From: Octopus bimaculoides
Taxonomy: Eukaryota
DNA length: 42,107 bases
Assembly (NCBI RefSeq): GCF_001194135.2
Contig: NC_068989.1
Location: forward strand, 36,270,696-36,312,802
Direction: 5' to 3'
The notes below the pieces were generated by a model. The model ran no database searches and was not told the DNA's origin. It was given only the letters and a program-made list of their open reading frames with translations. Shown piece after piece: positions 9,437-21,295 of the stretch. The translations under genes were made by a program, and so were the position numbers. Within the stretch, counting starts at the first letter, position 1. Each line of letters starts with the position of its first letter.

Positions 9437-11416
9437 TATATACGTTCATATGCGTGTGTATATGCATGTGTTCCTGCAGTGTCTACTTTACATATATATA
9501 TTTCCCAATGAGAAATAATATTACAACACGAAGGAGGAAAATACTATAATCCGTTCATAAAGAAACAAAATGACTCACTTCGAGTCATTTATTTCAGAGT
9601 GGTTTCTTCTTCATAAGAATCTCTGCATTAGTTTAAAATTAGCAATTTGTTACTTAGAGAAATGCAAAAAGTTAATTTTAACGTTTCTGAAATAAAATTT
9701 CTTCCGGATAAGTTGTAGAATAAAAAGAGAGAAGGGAAGACAAGGTAAAAAATATAAAAGGAATAATCGAGACAAAGATCCTCACGTGTTTACTTGTCTA
9801 CATGGAAGCCGTTGACTGACCGGAAGTAGGAGGAGAAGAAGGTTCTACAGGGTGACCAGAGACAATAAAACGAGCGGGGCGATGTAGGTGAAACTGTATG
9901 CAAGGTGTGTGTGTGTGTGTGTGTGTGCGCGTGTGTGTGTGTGCGCGCGCGCGTCTGAGTAAAGAACGGAGAAGATTAGATTTACATATGTGCGGGATCT
10001 TCTCTGTGTCATGTGTTTTTCTTTCTACGTCTGTTTGTACATTTGTGCATGTCTGCAATACGCAGACAAGTATCTTTCTGAGATAGAATGTTGTGAGAGT
10101 GTGTACATGTGCGGATTAGTGGCACTATGCTATGTTGAGAAGTGGGTATAAAAAATGTGTATGTAGAGTGAGTTCGTAAGCTAGTGTGTGTATATGCATG
10201 TATGCGTTTATGCATATGTATGTACATATATACATATATGTATACACACATATCTCACATGTATAAGTTGATATGTTTCAGCCTTGAGGCTGCGGTCATG
10301 CTGGAGCACCACCAGTGGAATTAGCAAATTTTGTTCAGTTTATATATATATATATATATATACACGCACAGACATATATATGTATACAGACACACACATA
10401 TATGTGTATATGAGCTGCTTAGTTATTAGATGTGTGCGTGCGCGCGCATGATATAATCACATAGATTTCAGTGAGATTGACAGATCTAATCCAACTTGTA
10501 TTAGGCAAAGTGAGACTTATAAAAGACAATTCCAAGAATGGGTGACACATTCATGTGACTTCCTCATCCACGAAAAATGTTTCTATGAAAAGGCAGAAAT
10601 ATTCATTGCATACAACGAATTGGAAATAATGAGTCGAGATGGATCAACGAGAATATCTCTGGACATAAGAGTTAGATAAGAAGTTGAAAAAAAAGAGTAA
10701 GGAAATTAACGAAGGAAGAAAGAAAGAAAGGAAGAAGGAAAGAAAGAAAATCATACAGGTTAAAGAAAGCAAAGGTGAGTTATAAAGTTAAAAACGGCCG
10801 TCGCTGGTTTGTAAGTTTTGTTTTAGGGTACAAACCACGCATATCCATATGTGTGTACGCAGGTGTGTGTGTGTGTGTGTGTGTGCGTGTGTGTGTGCGT
10901 GCGTGCGTGCGTGCGTGTTTGCCTGTGCACTTGCTGCTTGCGCGCCTGCGCATGAAAATGTATAAAGAGTTGCAGACTAAGAAAGAGAATGAGAAAGACA
11001 AGAATTTGAGACATGAGGCGGGGACAGAAGAAAATCGATTCGGATCCTTTGTAAGGCAAACAAAGAAACAACAGTTTCATCATCATCCTTGCTTTGCACA
11101 TGTTCAATCCACTGCTGGACGAATGCTTTAATATGTTCTCTCCACCAACCATGGACACAAATTGCTGGTCATGATGTGATTCAACTTACCAAAGACTATC
11201 CATCCTAATTGTTAGAGAAAATCTTTTTTACTAATCGAAATCCCATCCACATGATTAGCAGTGCCTGGCAGAGACATGCAGATAAAATTGGTGTGCAAAC
11301 CAGCGGAGTGGAGAGATCACGTCCTTCGTTGAGCGAAACCACCAGACAATGACCATCTACGGGATGATCTGGTGCCTGGTGTTGTAGTACACAACGGTGT
11401 GTTCTTCGCTTTAACT

Positions 11417-11647
11417 CAGTGGCTCTCAACTGAGACTCATATGGCCCTTGGGAGCTCACATAAGATTTTGTTAAAATTTATGCATAATAAAATGGTTATA
11501 CTTCTACAATACACAATATTTTAATAATTTTTTTATACAGTTCCCAATAAAATTTCATTATCAAAGTTTTTAAACTTCGAATGGCCATGAGGGTCCACCT
11601 GAGAAAATCAAATGAGTCCTTAGGTAAAAATTGGTTGAGAACCAGTG
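11417..11647 (+). mobile_element. hAT/Charlie-type MITE, copy 1
   Basis: TIRs cagtggctctcaac / ggttgagaaccagtg; 8-bp TSD ctttaact (11409-11416) / ctttacct (11648-11655), 7 of 8 match. Confidence 0.9.
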
Positions 11648-13904
11648 CTTTACCTGCTCTGCGATTATTCAAGCCATACACCATGGTGATCGTATCACAC
11701 CCGCCACTGCTGACTACCTATCAACTACTTGTGCCCAACTATGACGGTCGCCGACCACACCCTGTGTACAAACCTACCACCGAGCTCTGGTAGACTGTGT
11801 GTAAGGGCTTTAACTGATACTAGTCGCTTATCGGTCGTTGTATAATCATTTTTTTTTAAAATCAGTAAAAGAAGTGGAAATCTTTAGTATTACATTTCTT
11901 TTCAATGTATCTAATGGGCTGTTGTGTTTACATTCTTTGTCTTTTGATTTTTATGTGTATGACAGCAGATAACTCTATGTAAGAGGCTGGTTTCAGTTAA
12001 CCCTCAGAAAACCACAGCAACAACTTCTCAATTAGCATTGTGGAAGACGCATGGTAATTTCCAAAGTATGTTTAAAACAAAAGTTTGCTTTCCATGCTGC
12101 AAAGTATAGTAAATGCATTTATGTATGTCATTGGCGTTAAAGTATGTGATGCACAAGTACTTTAAGCTGGACAGATTATGAAGATGAAATTGAAATTCCC
12201 GTGAGTGCAAAGTTTGTTCCCTGCACAACCACATGTGACATTGTGTGTATCGTGTGTTTATATGCATTACTTACACAGTTAGTTAGTAGAAAAACTAAAA
12301 TTTTGAGAGATTCTTGGTTTATTTAGCTTAAAGTTATCCTTAGCTAACGCTATGAAAGGTAAGAAAAATGAGAGCGTCAGTGGTAATATCAAACAAGCAC
12401 CAATATACATTGATCTAAGAGAATGTAGAACCATTGAAAACGAGGAACAGTCGTGTTTAAGTACGTAAGTTGTGTGATACCTATGGCATTGTTGGTGTAT
12501 AAATAGTAGATTTGAGGTGTGTTGAATTATTAATACGTATTTTCGGATGGTCCGGCGAAACGATTAATCCGTCAAGGCTTTGCAACTAAGGCTACCGTAA
12601 AACCAGTGGTGAACCTATATCTACTTCAATCTGAATATTTCTGTCTACTGTACTTTCTTCCTTTATACCATCTGATAGTCATCGAGTCATCGAAACTTCT
12701 CATTTTCCTGGCCTATTTATATTATGATGAAGAAAGCTGCTTATGAATAGGTTGAAATTATGTAAATTTTACTAAAATAAAGCAATTATTGGAGTCTAAA
12801 ATTACTAGTATTTAGAAATCGAGTATTAAGAAGTTTCAGAACACACAAATTGCGAAGTGTGAATGATAGAAATAAAAGAGAAGCTTAAAAAAAAAATCCT
12901 ATTTTTACGCTGGCTCTAAATCTAGGAATATTTTGCTCGTGTCAATGTTGTTTGTCTAGAAATGACGTCAATTGTGTATTCCCAAACGACGAGATCTTAA
13001 TACCTTAACTACTATGAGATCCGAACGTCTCTTCAATTAGAGATGAATTGTAAGACAGCAGCGAAAAACATCCTTAGGGGTTTGTACTAAAAATACTCTA
13101 GAGATGCCGAAATAAGTAAATATGGGCCTCCCCTCTACTTGTCTGACAAAATATGTATGTATTTGTTTGTCTGGGTGTATGTGCGCATATACACACATAC
13201 CTATGTACATTATATACATATATCTATCTATCTATCTATCTATCTATATAAATATATATATNNNNNNNNNNNNNNNNNNNNNNNNNNNNNNNNNNNNNNN
13301 NNNNNNNNNNNNNNNNNNNNNNNNNNNNNNNNNNNNNNNNNNNNNNNNNNNNNNNNNNNNNNNNNNNNNNNNNNNNNNNNNNNNNNNNNNNNNNNNNNNN
13401 NNNNNNNNNNNNNNNNNNNNNNNNNNNNNNNNNNNNNNNNNNNNNNNNNNNNNNNNNNNNNNNNNNNNNNNNNNNNNNNNNNNNNNNNNNNNNNNNNNNN
13501 NNNNNNNNNNNNNNNNNNNNNNNNNNNNNNNNNNNNNNNNNNNNNNNNNNNNNNNNNNNNNNNNNTATATATAATATATATATATATGATATATAATATA
13601 TATATATAATATATATATATAAATATATATGTATATATATATATATATTATATATATACGCACACGAGCACAAAAATGTACATACATGTAATACATTCAT
13701 ATCTACAATAGATGTAATATATATACGTATATATGCAACACATGCTTTACATGTCAAATATGATATATGTAATATGTCATAACTGTATTAATGTCGCCAG
13801 ATTGGTGGATGGTGTGATATTTGTCTGGTTAATAAACTATCTACATGCACCACCGTATGGTAAAATTCGTCATAATAGTGTTAGCACACCATTTTGCATG
13901 CACG

Positions 13905-14130
13905 GACACATGTGCGCACACACACACACACACACACATACACACACATACACACACACACACACAAATACACACACAAACATATACTTACACATTCTCA
14001 CGCACACACACGCACACGCGAAATAATACTTAAATTTATAGACATTATTATAAGTGTTGGAAATGATACTTGAAGACAAGATTATGCTTTTATGTATATT
14101 CTGACTCACACACACACACACACATACATC

Positions 14131-14204
<74 letters not shown>

Positions 14205-14240
14205 TACACACACACGCACATACATATATACACACATACA
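13905..14240. repeat. (CA)n and (GATA)n microsatellites
   Basis: CA-rich run 13915-14015 and a GATA array at about 14130-14203. Confidence 0.95.
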
Positions 14241-14804
14241 CAAAATATGAATGTTAATATTAAGATAAATATAAATAAAGTAATATATGTATGTAACTGT
14301 GTGTATATGTATGTATGTATATATGTATGTATGTATGTGTGTGTGTATGTGTGTATCTATGCATGTATACACACCTTCAATCATACATACACACATATAT
14401 ACATGGTGAGAATGTGCACACACATACGCACACATACATTATATATATTATATATGAACATATTATATATATAAATATATTTGCGTATGTGTGTATACAT
14501 AAGTATGCGTGGATGTTTATAGACAAATTCCTGCATATAAATGAATATATTCAATTACTTAGCTAATTACAGAAAGAGTGTGGGGGGGGGGAGAGAATGA
14601 TAGAGGGCAGTTGAGGGAGTGAGAGAGAGAAAGAGAAACACAGTGCGTATATTAGTAGAATGCAACATTTATAAATGCGTGTATACGTGTATGTTGTGTG
14701 TGTGTGTGTGTCAATAAATATACGCATGTAGAAAACACTCAAGCAAACGTTTCTAATTTGAATGATCTTTAATTTTGTTGACGTATTCTTTCTTTTAACT
14801 AATC

Positions 14805-15085
14805 ATATACACTATTCTATTGCATTATATATACCCTCTTCCAAACGATATACACTACTTTAGTGAATTATATATTTCCTTCCAATTATACACGCTATTG
14901 TGGTGAATCATATACCTCGCCAATTATACACACTGTTCTGGTGAATTATATACCTCACCATTATATAAACTGTTCTGATGAATTATATACATGCCGTCTC
15001 CCCCGATTGTATACACTACTCCGATAATATATATCCCTTTAATCTTATACCACTCCTAATTATATACTCTACTCTGAAGAATTTA
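14805..15085. repeat. Degenerate ~37-40 bp minisatellite, about 6-7 units
   Basis: Unit resembles atacacactgttctggtgaattatatacctcaccatt, repeated with drift at both ends. Confidence 0.8.
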
Positions 15086-15185
15086 TTCTTTCGGGGTCGA
15101 TAAAAATAAGCACCAATTGAACACTGGAGTCAATGTAATAGACTAACCCTGCCTCCCCGAATATTTCGGACCTTGTGCCAACAAT
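15085..15185 (+). mobile_element. SINE 3' fragment
   Basis: ctttcggggtcgataaaaataagcaccaattgaacactggagtcaatgtaatagact...ggaccttgtgcc. Confidence 0.8.
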
Positions 15186-15384
15186 ATTTCGTCAAGATAT
15201 GAAAACAGAATGACTATCTTACTGTGTTTCATTTTCTTTTCAATTAGCTATTGTTAATTGATATACAAATATATACTAACCACCCACCCAACCAACCAAC
15301 CAACCAACCTTTATGATGGCTATTATCAAACAGAGATTATAAATTAATAGAATGTGAAACAGAAATTGGGAGAGTTTGTTAGCA

Positions 15385-15470
15385 CATCTGGTGGAATGGC
15401 TTGCGGCATTTGTCAAAGCTCATTGTGTTCTGAGTTCAAATTTCGCCATTAAATGTGTCCATCCATTTTC
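15385..15470 (+). mobile_element. SINE head fragment, degenerate
   Basis: gcggcatttgtc...tgttctgagttcaaatttcgcc...tgtccatccattttcggg. Confidence 0.6.
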
Positions 15471-15667
15471 GGGATGTTCTCTCGACCTGCTAGCGGAAAT
15501 CCTTACAATTCTGTTTGCACCAAAGACGGGATAGTCACAGGTGGAACGACATTGATCATAGAACGCAACAATTCATGATTAAAAAAAAATTTTAAAAACT
15601 CTTTATGCTTCTATAGTAAATTCCACTGTCCTAGCCTGATTTGAAACCTTTGTGCGAAAATCCGCGT

Positions 15668-15738
15668 TTAACAGAATCCTGATACTTCAATATGATCGTC
15701 TAATTCTGGACTATATTGTCTGCGCCAAATGTCCAGAC
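15668..15738 (-). CDS. Candidate terminal exon after a very strong splice acceptor
   Basis: tttctatgtctttttctttttttttttag|GT CTG GAC...; phase-1 frame (G)LDIWRRQYSPELDDHIEVSGFC*. No homology recognised. Confidence 0.2.
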
Positions 15739-17621
15739 CTAAAAAAAAAAAGAAAAAGACATAGAAATATATCCAATATCATTTCTCTAAGTTTTTAATT
15801 ACCAACCAAAGTATTTTGAGAAGGCTACTGCCATACCTACGAACTACACCTACAGATCATTATTTAATACAACGGTTTACAGCCATATGACGGTTTGAGT
15901 GATTGGCCGTCCCACGGAGACCTGTAAGAGATTTTCTTTAACCATTAGGGAGATGAAGAACAGATTTTTTGGCAGAAAGTAAATCAATGCTCGATGCTTA
16001 AATTTCGTAATTGTTAAGAATTTTTCTCTGCTTACAGTTTACCGTTTACTCTACAGCAATTACTACAGTTGCTTTCTTTCTTTTATTTTTTGTTACAAAA
16101 TATTAATTTTATTATGTTTAGTTTCCATTTGCATAATTGTAGAAAGTTTGGCGAAGGCAGCTGATAACTCGTTTCATATTTCTTCATATTGTGTCGTAAA
16201 ATAAACTGTTTAAATTTCCGACGACTCGATACAAACTACAGTTAAAGGATGGCTCAGAGAAAATTAATAGACCCTATTTTTAAGAATGTGGTACAAATTA
16301 ATGCAAAGTCTCAGTCTTTGGTAATATGATGGAATTTAGAGTTTTACATCGTCAAAGGCTACTCTTATTTAAATGAAGTAAAATTTAATGTTATGTAAGT
16401 TCTCTTTAAATTTTCTAAGCTCAGTAGTTTTTAAGAATTCTTGAAGAATCCTTTACATTTACGGTGAGTGTCTTTACATTTTGTTTCTAGCTAAAAGCAT
16501 TCATACTAAATGAGTAAATAATTTAGATATATAAATAACAGGAACACTGGGGAATTATCAAGTGGTTTGTTAAGTTTCCTTTGCTAAGCTTAAGTTCTGT
16601 CATCTGCCTGTACAGTGAGTTGTGAGACCGCCTAAGTTTTGTCTTGCCTGAAATCACAAGGCTGTTGGTTATAGAACACTGCTAAATGGGGCCAAGAGAA
16701 CCAAAATATCGACCACTTAGCAAACCAGTCAACCAAACTGTAGAATATTACATGAGTATGACTCTACTTTTGGGAGTATTCTCAATGCTGATTTCAAAAC
16801 TGTCGGCAGTTTTTCAGCAGCACGTATAATTTCTAAGATAATCAGTGACTTGGGAATTTTTTTTTTTTTTTTTGCTTTGTTTATATTTTATCTAAAATAT
16901 TTTGTATTTTGCAGAATATTTACTCAGATCATTTCTATTTAAGCAGCGGACTTTGTGAAATATCCAAACCTTCTCTGTTATTTTTGTGCTGTTTTTGTTG
17001 CAACCAAAACACAACGACAACATTAAAACGGATCTTATCAGTTGTTATCAAAACCCTAAATGTGACCTCCGTGCGCACCGCACATTTTTTTTTTTACATG
17101 TATAAATTAAAAATTTAGAAAATCTATAGAATAATATTTTAGTTCTCTGAAAAATGTTATTCACAATTTGTTATACATTAACATGATTAATCATTAAACA
17201 AGCTAAGTGATCATTTTATCATGTTTCGTAAATTTTAAACTTTAAACTAGTCTTTTAAAGCTTTACGGTAATTTTGTATTTGATTTTCGGCTTAGCACGA
17301 AGTTAGAAATGGTTAAGGACAATGGATTATATCAGATGCAATTTGTTTGTCCTATTGTTTACCAAGGTTACCAACACAAACAGTAGGTGCCACATCATAT
17401 TTGCTTTACTTTTTCAAGTGGACTACATGATTGGTTGAAGAAAAGAGACGATTAATGGCCTTTTGCCATAGCCGTGAGAAAACAAAGACATCATCATGCT
17501 GACTGTCTATCGAAACCTTTATTCAGTACATAAGCAATTCCATTATGGCGAAGTAATGCTTATTCCCTTTCCCCAAATTATGGATTAGTTTCCGTTGAAG
17601 ATAATCCACAATTTCAAATTG

Positions 17622-17745
17622 TGTAACAAAGCCAGCAATTTTATTGGGAAGGGTTAGTCGATTACATTGACCCCAGAACTTGAGTGACACTTCATTCTAT
17701 CCGCAGGATTCGAATTCAGAATCTAAAGATCCAGAAGAAATCGTT
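17622..17745 (-). mobile_element. SINE fragment
   Basis: gggttagtcgattacattgaccccag...gattcgaattcagaatctaaagatccagaagaaat. Confidence 0.7.
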
Positions 17746-17750
17746 TGCAT

Positions 17751-17931
17751 CGGCGCAGGCACAGCTGCGTAGTAAGAAGCTTGCTTCCCAATAACATGGT
17801 TCCAGGTTCAATCCCATTACGGGTTCAGTCCTACTGCGTGGCACCTTGGGCTAGTGTCTTCTACTATAGCCTCGGGTCGACCAAAACCTTGTGAGTGGAT
17901 TTTGGTTGACGGAAACTGAAAGAAGCCTGTC

Positions 17932-17972
<41 letters not shown>

Positions 17973-17975
17973 TGC

Positions 17976-18011
<36 letters not shown>

Positions 18012-18015
18012 ATGT
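17751..18015 (+). mobile_element. SINE 5' half with duplicated B-box, ending in TA/TG microsatellite
   Basis: gtagtaagaagcttgcttcccaataacatggttccaggttcaatccc...ggcaccttgggctagtgtcttctactatagcctcgggtcgacc...ggaaactgaaagaagcctgtcgtgtatata. Confidence 0.9.
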
Positions 18016-18995
18016 CTGTGCATAAATCGATCAAGTATTTTGGATGAAGCAAATGAACAATACCTTCATTGATAAAACAAAGAAAAATAAAACTTGATTT
18101 TTTTTTCTTTCAAAAAGCCATTAAACACTCTCAGGAAAAACTGTGAACAAGTTTAGAATCAGCATCCAAAATCTATTTAAACCTTTGCTCGTCCTATGGT
18201 ACAAAGGACATATTTCCCTGGCGTCCATGCTTACTAAATGATGCACATTCTTAAATTTTTTCAACCACCAATGTAAGTTGGGACTTATGAAATAAGGGAG
18301 AACTAAATATTTGAAAACAAACATGGACGTTTCGGACAAACTTATGAAAATGTTTTGGAGCGGTGAATTTCACGTTCAACGCAATAAATAAATAAATAAA
18401 TAAATTAATAATATCTTGACCAGTGTTTATCTTTCATTGGTTCTGAATAAAAGTTAGTGACAATAGCTCATTTCTTACCCAAATAATTAATTTTTCGGGT
18501 TATATCAAATGTTCTATAAATCAATATTTACGAATCATTCAAGATTTCAGTGTATATTTTTATTAAACATAGCAATAACGAATTTTCTAGAAAGGTAAAC
18601 TTCTTATATCACTGACGACCCCTTCGTGAAATTCCTGATAGCTTATCGACTCCCATCAGGTAAATTTCTAAAATAAAATTAAAAGTATAATCAATAAAAA
18701 AAATCCTTAAAAGAGTAATTCCTTGGGTCTTTACTTCGTGTCATTACTTCTTTTAAATATGAAACATTTAAAGAAATTTACCGAAAATGCTTAACGAAAT
18801 TGAAAAATAGCAATAAAAATTCAGACATATTATTCATATAGTCAGGATATTTAATGCGATATATGTGTTTGATGATTACTAGTTATTCCACCGATATTTG
18901 GTTGGGAATTAGTGAGGTTTAGCCATGCATTACCGCGCGCTACCAGATTCAGCTCATAATTCAGCACTCTGAATGTGGAAAATCGTTTCAGGTGT

Positions 18996-19078
18996 TTATC
19001 GACCACCTCGATAACCACCTGGATAACCCCCTCGCCCACCATAATGGGTGGGGACAATAGTGACCACTGTGCCGATCC
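18996..19078 (-). CDS. Candidate terminal exon encoding a Gly/Tyr/Arg-rich peptide
   Basis: aatttagaacag|GG ATC GGC ACA GTG GTC ACT ATT GTC CCC ACC CAT TAT GGT GGG CGA GGG GGT TAT CCA GGT GGT TAT CGA GGT GGT CGA TAA = (G)IGTVVTIVPTHYGGRGGYPGGYRGGR*; frame is closed just upstream of the AG; Gly codons vary synonymously (GGT/GGG). Not in the ORF track. Confidence 0.4.
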
Positions 19079-19384
19079 CTGTTCTAAATTATAATCAAGC
19101 ACTTGAGAGATTTGAACTGCCGATTCCATGAATTCCAACCATTTTAAATAACCATTAAAACTCAGTAAATTAGTGAAGAAATATCAAAGGAAGGACTGTC
19201 TAATGTTCTACGGGAAGGAGGGGGACAGTAGGAATAACAAAAATAACGGGAAAGCTATATACACTTATGTCTGCATACAGAACTAGAAACAAATTGAGCA
19301 TTTCAGTCACACTTTAAGCATAACCACACTGATTTAACATTATATCATACAACACTACCCTATGTTTAATACATAACATTTCCG

Positions 19385-19520
19385 TTGTGCCCAACTCTGC
19401 CCTTCATCCTTTCAGGGGCAATAAAATTAGCAGTAGTCAAATTCTGGGGACGATGTAATCGACTACCCCTTCGCCTCCCCATCAAAATTTTAGGCCTTGT
19501 GCCTATACTAGAAAGGATTT
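19385..19520 (+). mobile_element. SINE 3' fragment
   Basis: gcccttcatcctttcagggg...ctggggacgatgtaatcgactacccc...ggccttgtgcctatactagaaagg. Confidence 0.8.
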
Positions 19521-19580
19521 TAGTGAGTTACAAGTAAACACTGCACTTCGCTGAGCTACAATTAAACATAACTATGCATT

Positions 19581-19835
19581 GTGAAGACGCGTAACGTACC
19601 GGTTAGGGTATTGCACTCACGATCGCCAGATCGTGGTTTCAATTTCTGGACCGTCAATGAGTTGTGCTCTTGGACAAAACACTTCATTTCACGTTGCTCC
19701 AGTCCACTCAGCCGTAAATGGGTAACCTCGTAACGTATTGACGTACAAGGGTGAGATGGTGACCTAGGAAAATCACCCAAATGGCGGTCTCGCGAGCCAC
19801 GTTTTGTATTCAGCGATTGAAAAGATGAATAATTC
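19581..19835 (+). mobile_element. tRNA-derived SINE (third family)
   Basis: ggttagggtattgcactcacgatcgccagatcgtggtttcaatt...ggacaaaacacttcatttcacgttgctccagtccactcagc. Confidence 0.8.
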
Positions 19836-19855
19836 AACCCGTACTGTGAATCCCG

Positions 19856-19930
19856 AAGAAGAAGAAGAAGAAGAAGAAGAAGAAGGAGGGGGAGGAGGAG
19901 GAGGACGACGACGACGACGACGACGACGGC
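19856..19930. repeat. Compound trinucleotide repeat (GAA)n-(GAG)n-(GAC)n
   Basis: Directly visible. Confidence 0.9.
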
Positions 19931-20221
19931 GAATTACATTATATTGAATTACAACTAAATCACAAGACGATATAGCACGGTAAAATAGTGCATGTCAAAA
20001 TGTGTAATTCATTTTTCGGGTCAATATTAATGAAACATTCAAGATTTCACTGTATATTTTTTATCAAAGATAAAAATAACGAATATTTTTGAACAAGGAT
20101 CGCTAATCTCTTTATATCATGGAACCCTGAAATATTACTGCTAGTGTACACTGCATTAAACCACACTACAGAATTACAACTAAACTACATTGAAAACACA
20201 ACTACACTGTTCTGTATCTTT

Positions 20222-20545
20222 TACCTTTTACATGTTTAGGCTGCGGTCATGATGGGGCATCGCTTTGAAAAATTTTAGTTGTATGAATCGACTCCAGTAC
20301 TTAATTTTTAAAGCCCGGTACATATTCTATGGGTCTCTTTTGCTGGACCGTAAATTTATGGAGATGTAAATGCAGCACCACCAGTTGTCAAGCGGTGGTC
20401 ACACACACACGCACAGAGTTTCCATCTACCAAATCCTCTCACTAGGCTTTGGTCGGGCCGAGGCTTTCCCGAGGTGCCTCCCGGTGAAACTGAACTCGGA
20501 ACCATGTGATTGGGAAGCAAACTTCTCTCCACACGCCTGCGCCTA
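20222..20545 (-). mobile_element. SINE, near full length
   Basis: Reverse complement of the 6352-6720 family: ggctgcggtcatgatggggcatcgc...ccatctaccaaatcctctcac...ggaaccatgtgattgggaagcaaacttc. Confidence 0.85.
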
Positions 20546-20732
20546 TATAGTATACATTATACCATACTACGTTATACCGAATATATTACATTCTACTGAG
20601 TTACATTCTGAACCTAACTTATCCCTGTGGACCTCATCTCGAAATAATGTATTTCCAAATACAGCCAAACAATGGTCTTTCTTTAATCTTTCGATTATGT
20701 GACTGACATGACAGAAAAAGTCCGTTTGGATG

Positions 20733-20888
20733 GATACATACATACATACATACATACATACATACACATACATACATACATACATACATACATACATACA
20801 TACATGCGTACATGCATACATGCATACATACATACATAATACATACATGCGTACATTCATACATGCATACATACATACATACATACAT
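20733..20888. repeat. (TACA)n microsatellite
   Basis: Directly visible. Confidence 0.95.
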
Positions 20889-21044
20889 GTGATAAGAAGC
20901 CTGCTTCCCAACCACATGGCTCAGCGTTCTGTCCCACTGCGTGGCATCTTGGACAAGTGTCTTTTACTATAGCATCGGGTTGACCAAAAACATGTGAGTG
21001 GATTTGGTAGACGGAAACTGAAAGAAGCCCGTCGTGTGTGCATG

Positions 21045-21094
<50 letters not shown>

Positions 21095-21295
21095 NNNNNN
21101 NNNNNNNNNNNNNNATGTATGTATGTATGTATGTATATTTCTATGTGCGTGTGTCTTTGTGTCTATGTTTGTCCTCTCACCACCGCTTGCCAACCGGTGT
21201 TGGTGTGTTTTCGCCACCGTAAGCTAGCGGTTCAGCAAAAACGCTTCAAGTTGATGCCCCAGCAAGGTTGCAGTCGAAAGACTGAAACAAGTAAT
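20888..21295 (+). mobile_element. SINE with internal microsatellite and assembly gap
   Basis: gataagaagcctgcttcccaaccacatgg...ggatttggtagacggaaactgaaagaagcccgtcgtg...gatgccccagcaaggttgcagtc..gactgaaacaagtaa. Confidence 0.9.

Noticed and set aside
10505-10680. 58-codon open plus frame QSETYKRQFQEW... and a strong minus-strand acceptor near 10660
   Set aside because: No recognisable homology; all three frames after the minus acceptor stop within about 25 codons and no good donor pairs with either.
13122-14566. Long ORFs from the track made of YI/CV/TH/LS repeats or X runs (also 889-1436, 9212-9518, 20567-21355, 24247-24633, 25498-25897, 26606-27344, 37502-38838)
   Set aside because: They are translations of microsatellites and N gaps, not genes.
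17058-17090. GC-rich mini-palindrome (gtgcgcac) resembling a Helitron 3' hairpin
   Set aside because: Stem is weak, there is no CTAG/CTRR terminus at the expected distance, and it lies upstream of the Helitron fragment.
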